Below, in pieces: positions 15,292 through 23,799 of a stretch of 32,000 nt of DNA. Where the stretch lies: positions 19,129 to 51,128 of the forward strand of contig PRDH01000012.1 in NCBI GenBank assembly GCA_003345545.1. The letters run 5' to 3'. A program made the position numbers and the translations under genes. Within the stretch, counting starts at the first letter, position 1, and each line of letters opens with the position of its first letter. The notes beneath the pieces are model-generated. The model was not told where the DNA came from and ran no database searches. It saw only the letters and a program-made list of their open reading frames with translations. The DNA is from Candidatus Thorarchaeota archaeon. GTDB taxonomy: Archaea > Asgardarchaeota > Thorarchaeia > Thorarchaeales > Thorarchaeaceae.

Positions 15292-15572
15292 GAATCACTC
15301 CAGAGAATGTCACAAGACATGAACTCACCGGTCTGCCAATGCACATTGTCGAATCGACGGACCCGAGCTTCGTGTGCAGGAAGGGCGTCATCTTAGGAGA
15401 ATCAAGGGAGATGATTCACTTCCGAACAGAGGACAGGGAAGTAAATGCGCCCAAGAGCAATTGTGTCTTCGATGTGACACTCCCTGATAATACAGTGGTT
15501 CGAATCAATGGAGAGGTCCTTCGAGGAAGACCAGAAGACAGAATGAAGAAACGCCTCAGCAGGAGCTGGTAA
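15288..15572 (+). CDS. rnp1: RNase P protein component 1 (Rpp29/Pop4)
   Basis: 94 aa. Sequence: HELTGLPMHIVESTDPSFVCRKGVILGESREMIHFRT...INGEVLRGRPEDR (Sm-like Rpp29 fold). It occupies the canonical L29-Rpp29-S17 position, and its start forms an ATGA overlap with the uL29 stop. Confidence 0.88.
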   Translation: MRITPENVTRHELTGLPMHIVESTDPSFVCRKGVILGESREMIHFRTEDREVNAPKSNCVFDVTLPDNTVVRINGEVLRGRPEDRMKKRLSRSW

Positions 15573-15574
15573 GG

Positions 15575-15940
15575 ATGGTACAAACCAAGACAAAGGTCAG
15601 AAACATTGGCATTCCAAACGTGGAGCCGCCAGAGGCAACATGCGATGACATTCATTGCCCATTCCATGGTAATCTCTCGGTCAGAGGTCGTATTACTGAG
15701 GGCATAGTCACCAGTACAATGATGCGCAATACAATAGCATTCCAGCAAGACTATCTAAGCTTGGTGAAGAAGTACTCCAGATACGAACGCCGAAGATCAA
15801 AGAAGCTCGCCCATCATCCACCATGTATCAGTCTCAAAGTGGGCGATACTGTGAAGGTCATCGAGTGTCGACCCGTTAGCAAGAATGTATCCAGTGTTGT
15901 TGTGGCTGTGACGCACATTGGGGAAGCGCAGGAGGAATAA
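15575..15940 (+). CDS. rps17: 30S ribosomal protein uS17
   Basis: 121 aa. Sequence: CDDIHCPFHGNLSVRGRI..G.V.S..M..T......Y....KKYSRYERRRSK..AH.P.C...KVGD.V.I.ECRP.SK. Confidence 0.95.
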   Translation: MVQTKTKVRNIGIPNVEPPEATCDDIHCPFHGNLSVRGRITEGIVTSTMMRNTIAFQQDYLSLVKKYSRYERRRSKKLAHHPPCISLKVGDTVKVIECRPVSKNVSSVVVAVTHIGEAQEE

Positions 15941-15943
15941 TGC

Positions 15944-16366
15944 GTGTCAAGAAAGCTGGCAAGAGGAATCAGGAAATTCATACCGAGAATGGCCAGAGGG
16001 CTTCCGGTTGGAGCCACACTAATGTGCGCGGATAACTCGGGAGCAAAAGAACTTCAGCTACTCACTGTCTTCGGCTACAAGGGCAAACTGGGAAAGATTG
16101 GCAAGGCAGGAATCGGAGACATAGTGAACGTTTCAGTCATCAAGGGAAAACAGGAACTGAGAAAGCAGGTGCTACAAGCTGTAGTGGTCAGGCAAAGAAA
16201 GCCATTCAGGAGGCCAGATGGCACTTGGATGCAGTTTGAGGACAATGCGGCTGTTCTGGTAAAACCCGGTGGAGAACCTCAAGGCTCAGAGTTGAGAGGG
16301 CCCATGGCCAGAGAGGTCACTCTGAAGTGGCCTCGTGTCGCTGCGATAGCGTCAAAGATAGTGTGA
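15944..16366 (+). CDS. rpl14: 50S ribosomal protein uL14
   Basis: 140 aa, GTG start. Sequence: GIRKFIPRMARGLPVGATLMCADNSGAKELQLL...GDIVNVSV...AVVVRQRKPFRRPDG..MQFEDNA. Confidence 0.95.
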   Translation: MSRKLARGIRKFIPRMARGLPVGATLMCADNSGAKELQLLTVFGYKGKLGKIGKAGIGDIVNVSVIKGKQELRKQVLQAVVVRQRKPFRRPDGTWMQFEDNAAVLVKPGGEPQGSELRGPMAREVTLKWPRVAAIASKIV

Positions 16367-16368
16367 GG

Positions 16369-16767
16369 ATGAGTCAAATGGTGAAGAAAACCAGTCCAAT
16401 ATCGCCTAGGAAACAGCGGAGGAAAGTAGAACAGAGCCCCATGCATGCCCGCAGAACCCTGCTCAAGTGCAGGCTTGATGAGTTCTTGCAGGAAGAGTAT
16501 GGTCTCAGATCACTTCCCGTAAAGAAGGGAGACCTTGTGAAGATAATGAGAGGGCAATTCCGGGATACAGAAGGCAAAGTCATCAGAGTGGACCAGAAGA
16601 ATGTCCGTGTCCATTTGGATAGCGCTACCATCACCAAGTCGGACGGCAAGGAGGCGAACGCACCACTCCACCCATCGAATCTCATGCTGGTGAAGCTGGA
16701 GTTGGATGATGAGAGAAAGAAGCTCATCGAAAGCAAATTGATGAAGACTCCGGAGAGTGAGGAGTAA
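16369..16767 (+). CDS. rpl24: 50S ribosomal protein uL24
   Basis: KOW motif: LPVKKGDLVKIMRGQFRDTEGKVIRVD. I place the start at ATG 16369 (MSQMVKK), 2 nt after the uL14 stop. The ORF-track start at 16327 would overlap uL14 by 40 nt. Confidence 0.92.
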   Translation: MSQMVKKTSPISPRKQRRKVEQSPMHARRTLLKCRLDEFLQEEYGLRSLPVKKGDLVKIMRGQFRDTEGKVIRVDQKNVRVHLDSATITKSDGKEANAPLHPSNLMLVKLELDDERKKLIESKLMKTPESEE

Positions 16768-17523
16768 ATGACAAGAAGAGGTCAGAAAAAGCACTTGAAA
16801 CGCCTGCCAGCACCAAAGCACTGGCCAATGCCAAGGAAGGAGGTCAAGTTCACAACACGCGTGATTCCAGGGCCACATCCACGTGATCATTGTCTGACGC
16901 TGGCACTGATCCTGAGGGAGATACTCGGCTATGCAGAGAATATGCGTGAGATAAGGGCAATCCTCTCGACAGGTCAGATAAAGGTGGATGGACAAGTCAG
17001 GAAGGATGCTCGATTCCCAGTGGGATTGATGGACATCATTGAGATCATAACCTCTGGGCAGCGCTTCAGGGTGCTTCCTAGGATAGGCGGAGGCCTGCGT
17101 CTGGTCAACATCGATGAATCAGAGGCCAAGTTCAAGCTCTGCAGAATCGAGAGGAAACTGATGAATAGAGGCGGAAAGGTGCAATTGGGCCTTCACGATG
17201 GTCGCACACTACTACTTGCCGGGAATGAGAAGGCCTCAAAGTACAGCAACCTTGATACTCTCAAAATATCGGTACCTGACCAGAAACTCTTGGCATCAAT
17301 ACCTCTTGAGAAGGGTGTTCAAGCAGTAGTTTCACGAGGGAACAACATCGGGATTCAGGGTAAAGTCTTTGCAGTTGAGAAGCGGCATGGTACTCACGCA
17401 AGCACTGTGACCTTGGAGGACCCAGCAGGTAATAGATTCCAGACTGCCCTAGAATATGTGTTTGTGGTCGGTAAGAACAAGTCAGAAGTGAATCTTCAGA
17501 TTGAGGGAGGAAGTTCTGAATGA
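16768..17523 (+). CDS. rps4e: 30S ribosomal protein eS4
   Basis: 251 aa. Sequence: GQKKHLKRLPAPKHWPMPRKEVKFTTRVIPGPHP...IKVDGQVRKDARFPVGLMDIIEI. Confidence 0.95.
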   Translation: MTRRGQKKHLKRLPAPKHWPMPRKEVKFTTRVIPGPHPRDHCLTLALILREILGYAENMREIRAILSTGQIKVDGQVRKDARFPVGLMDIIEIITSGQRFRVLPRIGGGLRLVNIDESEAKFKLCRIERKLMNRGGKVQLGLHDGRTLLLAGNEKASKYSNLDTLKISVPDQKLLASIPLEKGVQAVVSRGNNIGIQGKVFAVEKRHGTHASTVTLEDPAGNRFQTALEYVFVVGKNKSEVNLQIEGGSSE

Positions 17524-18095
17524 GCATCGAGAATGAGAAAGTCTATGCTGAGAACTGGAAGGCGTACCCAATGCGGGAACCCTTCGTTTCGAAGGTTGTG
17601 GTAGATATCTGCACTAGCGGGGGCGAGGAGCTCAATAGAGCAAACACGATACTCGAGCAGCTCACAGGTCAGACGCCAATTCAGTCTAAGGCACATCAGA
17701 CGATACGTGACTTTGGTATTCGCAAGAAGGACCCGATAGCTGTTAGAGTCACTCTTAGACACGGGCGTGCTGATGAGTTCCTACGAAGGGCTATGAAAGC
17801 TAAAGATAACGTTCTTCTATTGAAGAACTGGGACGAAGACGGCAACTTCGCATTCGGGATAAGTGAACATATCGACATCCCCGATGTGAAGTACGACCCC
17901 GCTCTAGGGGTTCAGGGAATGAATATCACAGTCTGTGTTGAGCGACCTGGCTACAGAATAAAGCGAAGACGCAGACAGAAAGCAAAGGTACCCTATAGAC
18001 ATCGTATGACTCCAGAGGAGAGTATGGTGTTTGTGAAGAGTAAATTCGGTATCGAGATTCTTGAGAAGGAGCGAGAACGGACATACCTATTCTGA
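17520..18095 (+). CDS. rpl5: 50S ribosomal protein uL5
   Basis: 191 aa. Sequence: MREPFVSKVVVDICTSGG...ILEQLTGQTPIQSKAHQTIRDFGIRKKDPIAVRVTLRHGRADEFL. Confidence 0.95.
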   Translation: MSIENEKVYAENWKAYPMREPFVSKVVVDICTSGGEELNRANTILEQLTGQTPIQSKAHQTIRDFGIRKKDPIAVRVTLRHGRADEFLRRAMKAKDNVLLLKNWDEDGNFAFGISEHIDIPDVKYDPALGVQGMNITVCVERPGYRIKRRRRQKAKVPYRHRMTPEESMVFVKSKFGIEILEKERERTYLF

Positions 18096-18106
18096 GGTGA
18101 TCAGTA

Positions 18107-18277
18107 ATGAGTACAAAGAAAGAGCGGACACGACAGAGAAAGAAGATGGGCAAGGGCAGCAGAATATGCGTCCGTTGCGGAACACATCAGGCAATCATCC
18201 GTTCCTACGGTCTGTACATGTGCCGGCGCTGTTTTAGAGAGAAGGCAGAGAACCTCGGGTTCCGCAAGTATAACTGA
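18107..18277 (+). CDS. rps14: 30S ribosomal protein uS14 (Zn-ribbon type)
   Basis: Not in the ORF track (56 aa). Translation: [56 protein letters not shown]. It sits in the canonical position between uL5 and uS8 and retains CxxC...CxxC. Confidence 0.9.
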   Translation: MSTKKERTRQRKKMGKGSRICVRCGTHQAIIRSYGLYMCRRCFREKAENLGFRKYN

Positions 18278-18294
18278 AGGAGGTCTAAGAGAGA

Positions 18295-18687
18295 ATGACA
18301 CTACTAGACCCATTGGCTGATGCAATGTCAAACATACACAATAGTGAATCGGTAGGCAAGTCCGAAGTGGTCGTTGCTCCAGCATCACAACTGATTGAAA
18401 AAGTGCTGCAAGTAATGCAGTCCAAGGGTTACATCGGTGAGTTTGAACGAATCGATGATGGAATGGCAGGCAGACTGCGCATCCAACTCATGGGTCGTAC
18501 AAACAAATGCGGTGTGATAAAACCGAGATACCCAGTCCCGCGGGATGGTTTTGAAAAATACGAGAAGCAATTCCTTCCTGCCTACAACTATGGTATCCTG
18601 ATTGTCACAACACCAGCAGGCGTGATGACTCATCAGGATGCAAAGGACCGCGGAATCGGCGGGAGACTACTAGCATACGTGTACTAA
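18295..18687 (+). CDS. rps8: 30S ribosomal protein uS8
   Basis: 130 aa. Sequence: [14 protein letters not shown]...[15 protein letters not shown]...[31 protein letters not shown]. Confidence 0.95.
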   Translation: MTLLDPLADAMSNIHNSESVGKSEVVVAPASQLIEKVLQVMQSKGYIGEFERIDDGMAGRLRIQLMGRTNKCGVIKPRYPVPRDGFEKYEKQFLPAYNYGILIVTTPAGVMTHQDAKDRGIGGRLLAYVY

Positions 18688-18700
18688 GGAGATCTGGCAA

Positions 18701-19270
18701 ATGTCAAAAGAGTTAGAGTTGGTATATCATCAGACGATTGAGATTCCCAGTGACTGTCAGGTCTCCTTGGAAGACAAAACAGTCACTGTAAAGGGTCCCA
18801 AAGGCACACTCAAACGTTCTTTTCCAGAACGTCAGACAACGATCAAAATCCAAGGAAGTGAGGTGTATGTGGGTACAGACATCAGCAGAAAACGTAGTAG
18901 AGCTCTGGTCGGAATGATAATAGCGCACGTCCGGAACATGATGCTCGGAGTACGCCTGGGCTATGAGTATCAGATGAAGATAGTCTACAGTCACTTTCCT
19001 ATCAACGTTGAAGTACAAGACAGTACCGTCCTCATCAAGAACTTCCTCGGCGAACGAGGAGTTAGAAAGGCTCGGGTTGTTGGTGACATTAAGATACGAA
19101 CCTCTGAGGATGAGATCTTCGTCAGTGGCATAGACATCGAACAGGTGGCACAGAGTGCCGCAAATATCCAGCAAGCCTGCAAGATCCGCGACAAAGACCG
19201 ACGTGTCTTCATGGATGGAATCTATGTGATCAAGAAGACAAAGGGTGACGTAGTGAAGTCCATAGTATAG
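18701..19270 (+). CDS. rpl6: 50S ribosomal protein uL6
   Basis: 189 aa. Sequence: VTVKGPKGTLKRSF......GYEYQMKIVYSHFPI...LIKNFLGERGVRKA...IRDKDRRVFMDGIYV. Confidence 0.95.
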   Translation: MSKELELVYHQTIEIPSDCQVSLEDKTVTVKGPKGTLKRSFPERQTTIKIQGSEVYVGTDISRKRSRALVGMIIAHVRNMMLGVRLGYEYQMKIVYSHFPINVEVQDSTVLIKNFLGERGVRKARVVGDIKIRTSEDEIFVSGIDIEQVAQSAANIQQACKIRDKDRRVFMDGIYVIKKTKGDVVKSIV

Positions 19271-19281
19271 GAGGCAACAGA

Positions 19282-20190
19282 ATGTCAAAGAAGCCAGAAC
19301 TAAAAGACCTGCCCGGATTAGGCCCAAAGATTGAAGAGAAGCTCAGAGAGGCTGGGATAAAGACAGTACTCAGTCTATCGCGGGCTAGCGCAGACAAGCT
19401 TGCTGAGAAGGTAGATGGACTCAGCGTGAGCCGTGCACAGACACTGATTGCCGCAGCTCAAAATACCCTTCAAAGTGCTCCATCGAGGGAAGTGAAACCC
19501 AAGAAGACTGAAGCCAAGGAAGAGGTGCCTAAGAAGAAGGCTGCTGTGAAGAAGGAACCCAAAGAGAAAGCCGAGGCGAAGAAAGAGGCACCGAAGAAGA
19601 CTGCAGCAAAGAAGGTCTCAGAGAAGAAGGGAGAGGTCACCACAGAGAAACCAAAACCTTCGAAGAAGTCAAAGGCAACGAAGGTCAAGCCAAAGGTCAG
19701 AGCTGTAAAGAAAGAAAAGAAAGAGAAACACGAAGTTCCGCTCAGATTCAAGAATGTAGACCAACGGCTTGTAAGAATCGCACGGAACAAGAAGATGCGT
19801 ATGCCTCCGTTTCAGCACGAGAATGCGCATCGCTGGACTCGTGTCGCTAGGAGATGGCGGCAAGTACGTGGAATTGACAGCTATACCAGACAGAAGAAAC
19901 ATGGTCGAATTGCCATGGTAAGATCAGGGTACAGAACTCCCAAGGCCATTCGGAATCTTCATCCATCTATGTTCATCGAGATTCCAGTTTCCAGACCATC
20001 GGACCTTCAGAATCTTAATCCTGACATCCACGCAATACGCATTGCTGGAACAGTAGGAGGAAGAAAGCGTCAGGAAATTCTTTCGGCGGCAGATGCAAAG
20101 CTCCTACGGGTACTTAATCCAGGCACAACCGAAGAGATTGGTGAAGAAGATCTCTTCACTGACCTAGACTTGGAGGAGGAAAAATCATGA
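19282..20190 (+). CDS. rpl32e: 50S ribosomal protein eL32 with an N-terminal helix-hairpin-helix domain and a Lys/Glu-rich linker
   Basis: 302 aa. N-terminus LKDLPGLGPKIEEKLREAGIKTV...LAEKVDGLSVSRAQTLI (HhH), then a ~90-aa K/E/P/A low-complexity segment. The eL32 core follows: RWTRVARRWRQVRGIDSYTRQKKHG...GYRTPKAIRNLHPSMF...IRIAGTVGGRKRQEI. Confidence 0.92.
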   Translation: MSKKPELKDLPGLGPKIEEKLREAGIKTVLSLSRASADKLAEKVDGLSVSRAQTLIAAAQNTLQSAPSREVKPKKTEAKEEVPKKKAAVKKEPKEKAEAKKEAPKKTAAKKVSEKKGEVTTEKPKPSKKSKATKVKPKVRAVKKEKKEKHEVPLRFKNVDQRLVRIARNKKMRMPPFQHENAHRWTRVARRWRQVRGIDSYTRQKKHGRIAMVRSGYRTPKAIRNLHPSMFIEIPVSRPSDLQNLNPDIHAIRIAGTVGGRKRQEILSAADAKLLRVLNPGTTEEIGEEDLFTDLDLEEEKS

Positions 20191-20639
20191 AACTCTCCAC
20201 TCAAAAGAGACTAGCTGCTCAAGTATTGAAGGTCGGTACTTCGAGAGTATGGATTGACCCAACATTTGAAGATGAAGTCAGTCTAGCAATCACTCGAGAA
20301 GACATCAAGCGTCTGATAGACGAGAGGGCCATTCAGAAAAGAGCAGCGACCGGTGTCAGCCGGGGTCGAGCTCGTTATGTTCTCGAACAGAAGCGAAAGG
20401 GCCATAGAAAGGGGCCTGGCACGAAGAAAGGTAAGGACAGAGCAAAGCTGACCGGCAAGGACCGTTGGATGATCAGAATACGCCCGATGCGAAAAGAGCT
20501 ACGCGAGCTTCGCGACAATAATAAGATTACCAGCAGGACCTACCGAGAACTATACCTGATGGCCAAGGGTAATGCATTCCGAAATACAGCACACATTAGA
20601 ATGTATATTTCAGAGCACAAGCTGGAGGTGTCCAAGTAA
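20187..20639 (+). CDS. rpl19e: 50S ribosomal protein eL19
   Basis: 150 aa. Sequence: [23 protein letters not shown]...[25 protein letters not shown]...[16 protein letters not shown]. Confidence 0.95.
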   Translation: MKLSTQKRLAAQVLKVGTSRVWIDPTFEDEVSLAITREDIKRLIDERAIQKRAATGVSRGRARYVLEQKRKGHRKGPGTKKGKDRAKLTGKDRWMIRIRPMRKELRELRDNNKITSRTYRELYLMAKGNAFRNTAHIRMYISEHKLEVSK

Positions 20640-21409
20640 TGGCGCAGGGGCCAATGTACCGAGTGAAGTTCCGCCGTCGACGAGAAGGTAAAACAAACTA
20701 TTACCGCCGCCGCAGTCTACTACAATCACGACGGGCAAGACTCGTTGTAAGAAAGACCAATGCAGACATGATAGTCCAAGTCATCAATGCCAGCGTTGGA
20801 GGAGATATGACTGTAGCATCAGCGTCTGCAAAAGAACTCACTGACCATGGTTGGACAGCAGGAACAGCCAATACGCCTGCAGCCTATTTGACAGGACTCC
20901 TAGCAGGCTTGAGAGCAAAGAGCCGAGGAGTCAATGAAGCAGTGTTAGATATCGGACTTAACCCTCCTACAAAGGGCTCAAGAATTTACGCTGCACTCAA
21001 GGGAGCGCTTGATGCTGGCCTTGACGTACCGCACAGCCCAGATGTTCTCCCGGATGACTCAAGAATCTCAGGAGAGCATATTGTTGCCGGGTATGACCAC
21101 TTCAGTGGAGTAGATGGCACCCTGATGTACATCAGAGTGGGCAAGAAGAAGACAGCCATCACAGCAATACCAAAGCAGGTAGAAACTGTAAGGAAGGCGC
21201 TTCAGGCGATTCCAGCTGCTGATCTCAAGAAGAAGAAGACAAAGAAGGCTCCCGCAAAGGCGAAGGCGGCCGCTGAAAAACCAGCGAAGAAAGCAAAGAA
21301 GGAAGTACCTTCCGTCAGACCTCAGCGGGCAGTACCAAGGAAACCCAAGCCCAAGAAGTTGCTTGCCAGAGGTAAGGGCAAGAAGGCTAAGAAGGAAGCA
21401 ACGGAGTAG
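20639..21409 (+). CDS. rpl18: 50S ribosomal protein uL18 with a Lys-rich C-terminal tail
   Basis: 256 aa. Sequence: [42 protein letters not shown]...[13 protein letters not shown]. The C-terminal ~60 aa are [26 protein letters not shown]...[19 protein letters not shown]. Confidence 0.93.
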   Translation: MAQGPMYRVKFRRRREGKTNYYRRRSLLQSRRARLVVRKTNADMIVQVINASVGGDMTVASASAKELTDHGWTAGTANTPAAYLTGLLAGLRAKSRGVNEAVLDIGLNPPTKGSRIYAALKGALDAGLDVPHSPDVLPDDSRISGEHIVAGYDHFSGVDGTLMYIRVGKKKTAITAIPKQVETVRKALQAIPAADLKKKKTKKAPAKAKAAAEKPAKKAKKEVPSVRPQRAVPRKPKPKKLLARGKGKKAKKEATE

Positions 21410-21416
21410 GGGATGA

Positions 21417-22100
21417 TTGGTGATGAGTAAACAACAAAGAAGAAGAGCACCCCGACCAGAAATCAACCCGCTGGATGAGTGGACTCCAAAGACGAAGCTT
21501 GGAAGGCTCGTCAAAGATGGCCACATTAACGGTATAGAGGAAATCCTGGAGAACAACTACAGAATCAGGGAACCCGAGATTGTGGATGCTCTCTTCCCAG
21601 AGCTGAAACAAGAGGTTGTCGATGTCAGTATGGTACAACGCCAGTCTGACAGTGGACAGCAGAAGAGCTTCAGGATTACCGTCATTGTCGGAAATGGTGA
21701 GGGTGTGCTCGGGATTGGAGTGGGAAAAGCTCCCGAATTTGTCCCTGCCGTCCGTGCAGCTGAATCACGAGCTAAACTAAACATCACGAAATTCCGAAGA
21801 GGATGTGGGTCTTGGGAGTGCAGATGTCATGATCCTCATAGTATTCCGTTCGAGGTGCACGGAACATCAGGGTCTGTTAGTGTCACCCTTAGGCCGGCAC
21901 CGAAAGGAACAGGACTTGTGACTGCTGATGTTGGCAAGATTGTGCTGCGAATTGCTGGCCTTAACGATGTGTGGTCCATATCCAAGGGACGCTCGCGGAC
22001 ATCATCCAATTTCGCCAAGGCATTCGTTGACGCACTCTTACAGACCTACAAGATGCTACCACCACAGGAGTGGGTTTCATCGGGGGCGACTGAGCAATGA
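21417..22100 (+). CDS. rps5: 30S ribosomal protein uS5
   Basis: 227 aa (GTG 21417 or ATG 21423). Sequence: WTPKTKLGRLV.......QKSFRITVIVGNGEGVLGIGVGKA.EF..AVR.A...AKLNI....GCGSWEC.C..PHSIPF...GTSGSV.V.L.PAPKGTG. Confidence 0.95.
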   Translation: MVMSKQQRRRAPRPEINPLDEWTPKTKLGRLVKDGHINGIEEILENNYRIREPEIVDALFPELKQEVVDVSMVQRQSDSGQQKSFRITVIVGNGEGVLGIGVGKAPEFVPAVRAAESRAKLNITKFRRGCGSWECRCHDPHSIPFEVHGTSGSVSVTLRPAPKGTGLVTADVGKIVLRIAGLNDVWSISKGRSRTSSNFAKAFVDALLQTYKMLPPQEWVSSGATEQ

Positions 22101-22579
22101 GGGAAGACGAGAAAGTCATCCTTGCAATTCGGGTCAGAGGTATAGCAAGAGTTCGACCTCAAATAGAAGACACTCTTGACAAGCTGCTTCTTGGTCGTGT
22201 ACACCAAGCAAGAATCATCAAGACTACGCCAAGCATGCAAGGTATGATCACAAAGGCCAAGGACTTCATTACTTGGGGAGTGCCCTCTGAAGAGGTGATT
22301 GAGAAGCTCCTCACAAAGAGAGGGCGAGTTCCAGGCAATGCACATCTGACTGACGCCTATGTGAAGAAGAACTCGAGCCACAGCAGTGTGAAGGCCTTGG
22401 CAAAGGCCATCGCATCAGGGAAGGCCTCGGTCACTGATGTTGAGGGTCTGAAGCCTGTCTTTCGACTCACACCGCCGACAAAGGGATTCAGAGGAACAAA
22501 GTACCTGCCAATTGGCATGGGTGGCATCACTGGTGACCGTGGCGAAGGTATAAGCGAACTCGCACTACGTATGATCTGA
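22097..22579 (+). CDS. rpl30: 50S ribosomal protein uL30
   Basis: 160 aa. Sequence: ILAIRVRGIARVRPQIEDTLDKLLLGRVHQARIIKTTPSMQGMI.KAKDFITWG. It sits in the canonical position after uS5. Confidence 0.93.
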   Translation: MREDEKVILAIRVRGIARVRPQIEDTLDKLLLGRVHQARIIKTTPSMQGMITKAKDFITWGVPSEEVIEKLLTKRGRVPGNAHLTDAYVKKNSSHSSVKALAKAIASGKASVTDVEGLKPVFRLTPPTKGFRGTKYLPIGMGGITGDRGEGISELALRMI

Positions 22580-22589
22580 GGGATAACAT

Positions 22590-23129
22590 ATGTCTTGGGA
22601 CAACGATCATGATGATAATGATGATGAGAATAAGAAGAGAATACGCCGTTGGTTTGGCGACTTCATCCCAGAGGAGGTACTTAAGCAGATCGAAGAGATG
22701 ATGGAACGAATGATGTCAGAGATGAATCAAGGTGCATTCATGAATCCTGAAGGCTTCGAGGAGATGCTTAAGAACCAAGAGGGAACAAATCCATTCCTGT
22801 TTGGTTTCTCCATGAATCTAGGCCCAGACGGAAAGCCCATAATACAGCGATTTGGTAACACACCAGGTGAAGAAGGAGAAACTCATACTCTTGAACCTCT
22901 GGTAGATGTTGTAGAGGAAGACGGCGAGATCATCGTTGTTGCAGAGGTACCTGGAGTGGATAGAGACGAGATCAAGGTCCGAATCAAAGGAACCGAACTG
23001 ACAATCCATGCAGAGAATCCAGAGAGGCCTTATCATAAGGTCATTAAACTACCGTCAAAGGTAAAGAAAGACGAGGCGAAATCAGCAATACGAAACGGCG
23101 TGCTGGAAGTACGATTGAAGAAGATATAG
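22590..23129 (+). CDS. hsp20: Small heat-shock protein, Hsp20/alpha-crystallin family
   Basis: 179 aa. Alpha-crystallin domain: PLVDVVEEDGEIIVVAEVPGVDRDEIKVRIKGTELTIHAE...YHKVIKLPSKVKKDEAKSAIRNGVLEVRLKK. The N-terminus is D/N-rich and then Met-rich. The gene starts 10 nt after the uL30 stop and ends 16 nt before the uL15 start. Confidence 0.88.
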   Translation: MSWDNDHDDNDDENKKRIRRWFGDFIPEEVLKQIEEMMERMMSEMNQGAFMNPEGFEEMLKNQEGTNPFLFGFSMNLGPDGKPIIQRFGNTPGEEGETHTLEPLVDVVEEDGEIIVVAEVPGVDRDEIKVRIKGTELTIHAENPERPYHKVIKLPSKVKKDEAKSAIRNGVLEVRLKKI

Positions 23130-23145
23130 AAAGGAGATTGCAGCT

Positions 23146-23613
23146 ATGCAAAGGAGAACACCAAAGAGAGCTCTCAAGATGAGAGGCCTTAGATCACAAG
23201 GCTATGGACATACCAAAGGACATAGGGCTGCTGGACAGAGAGGCGGCAAGGGTATGGCCGGCTCACATAAGCATCATTATCAGAAGAGACTGCAGGACAA
23301 TCCACACTACTTTGGTAAGTGGGGATTCAAGAGACCGCAGAAGCTGCTTGAGAGTCTATCAGTTATGAATATTGGCGAGATTGATGAGGCTGCTGATAGG
23401 CTGGTTGCTGGAAATGTTGCCACAATGACAGGAAAGAGTTACAATATTGATGTATCCAAGCTTGGTGTTGATAGGATCCTCGGCTCCGGAAAGGTCAACC
23501 GAAAGTTGAACCTCACTGGGGTGAAGTCAATCACACCTGGAGCTAGAAGCAAGGTAACAGCTGCCGGTGGAACTCTCGATCTTCCAGAGGAAGAGAGCAA
23601 GCCAACTAGTTGA
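23146..23613 (+). CDS. rpl15: 50S ribosomal protein uL15
   Basis: 155 aa. Sequence: RGLRSQGYGHTKGHRAAGQRGGKGMAGSHKHH...FGKWGF...LGSGKV. The SD aaaggag lies upstream. Confidence 0.93.
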   Translation: MQRRTPKRALKMRGLRSQGYGHTKGHRAAGQRGGKGMAGSHKHHYQKRLQDNPHYFGKWGFKRPQKLLESLSVMNIGEIDEAADRLVAGNVATMTGKSYNIDVSKLGVDRILGSGKVNRKLNLTGVKSITPGARSKVTAAGGTLDLPEEESKPTS

Positions 23614-23743
23614 TTGCCGTTTCTATACAAAGAACATCGGACACCCCACACCTGCCTCGCTAATAGTGTCTATGCCTTGGCGGCAATGTTGCGCATGTTG
23701 CCGTATTACTTCAGAAGCGGTGCGCATTCAAAACAATCAATAT

Positions 23744-23751
23744 GTTTAAAG
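23744..23751 (+). promoter_or_regulatory. TATA-like gtttaaag; candidate internal promoter for secY
   Basis: It lies in the 186-nt spacer after uL15, about 50 nt upstream of the secY ATG (23800). SD-like ggagg (23785-23789) and aaggtg follow it. Confidence 0.4.
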
Positions 23752-23799
23752 GTATGGGCCAGCTGGAGCCGAAAAGTACCTGCAGGAGGCAAGGTGTGA

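Noticed and set aside
15490-15510. A ggttcgaatc motif resembling a tRNA T-arm
   Set aside because: It lies inside the Rpp29 coding frame (TVVRINGE). No acceptor or anticodon stems can be drawn around it.
16327-16368. Upstream start (16327) for uL24, overlapping uL14 by 40 nt
   Set aside because: The added residues (MASCRCDSVKDSVR) are not uL24-like. ATG 16369 follows the uL14 stop by 2 nt and gives a normal-length uL24.
23614-23700. Inverted repeat cggcaa-N11-ttgccg after uL15, considered as a terminator or ncRNA
   Set aside because: It has only a 6-bp stem with a weak T-tract, which is not distinctive enough. The spacer is more simply explained as the uL15 3' end plus the secY promoter (TATA at 23744-23751).
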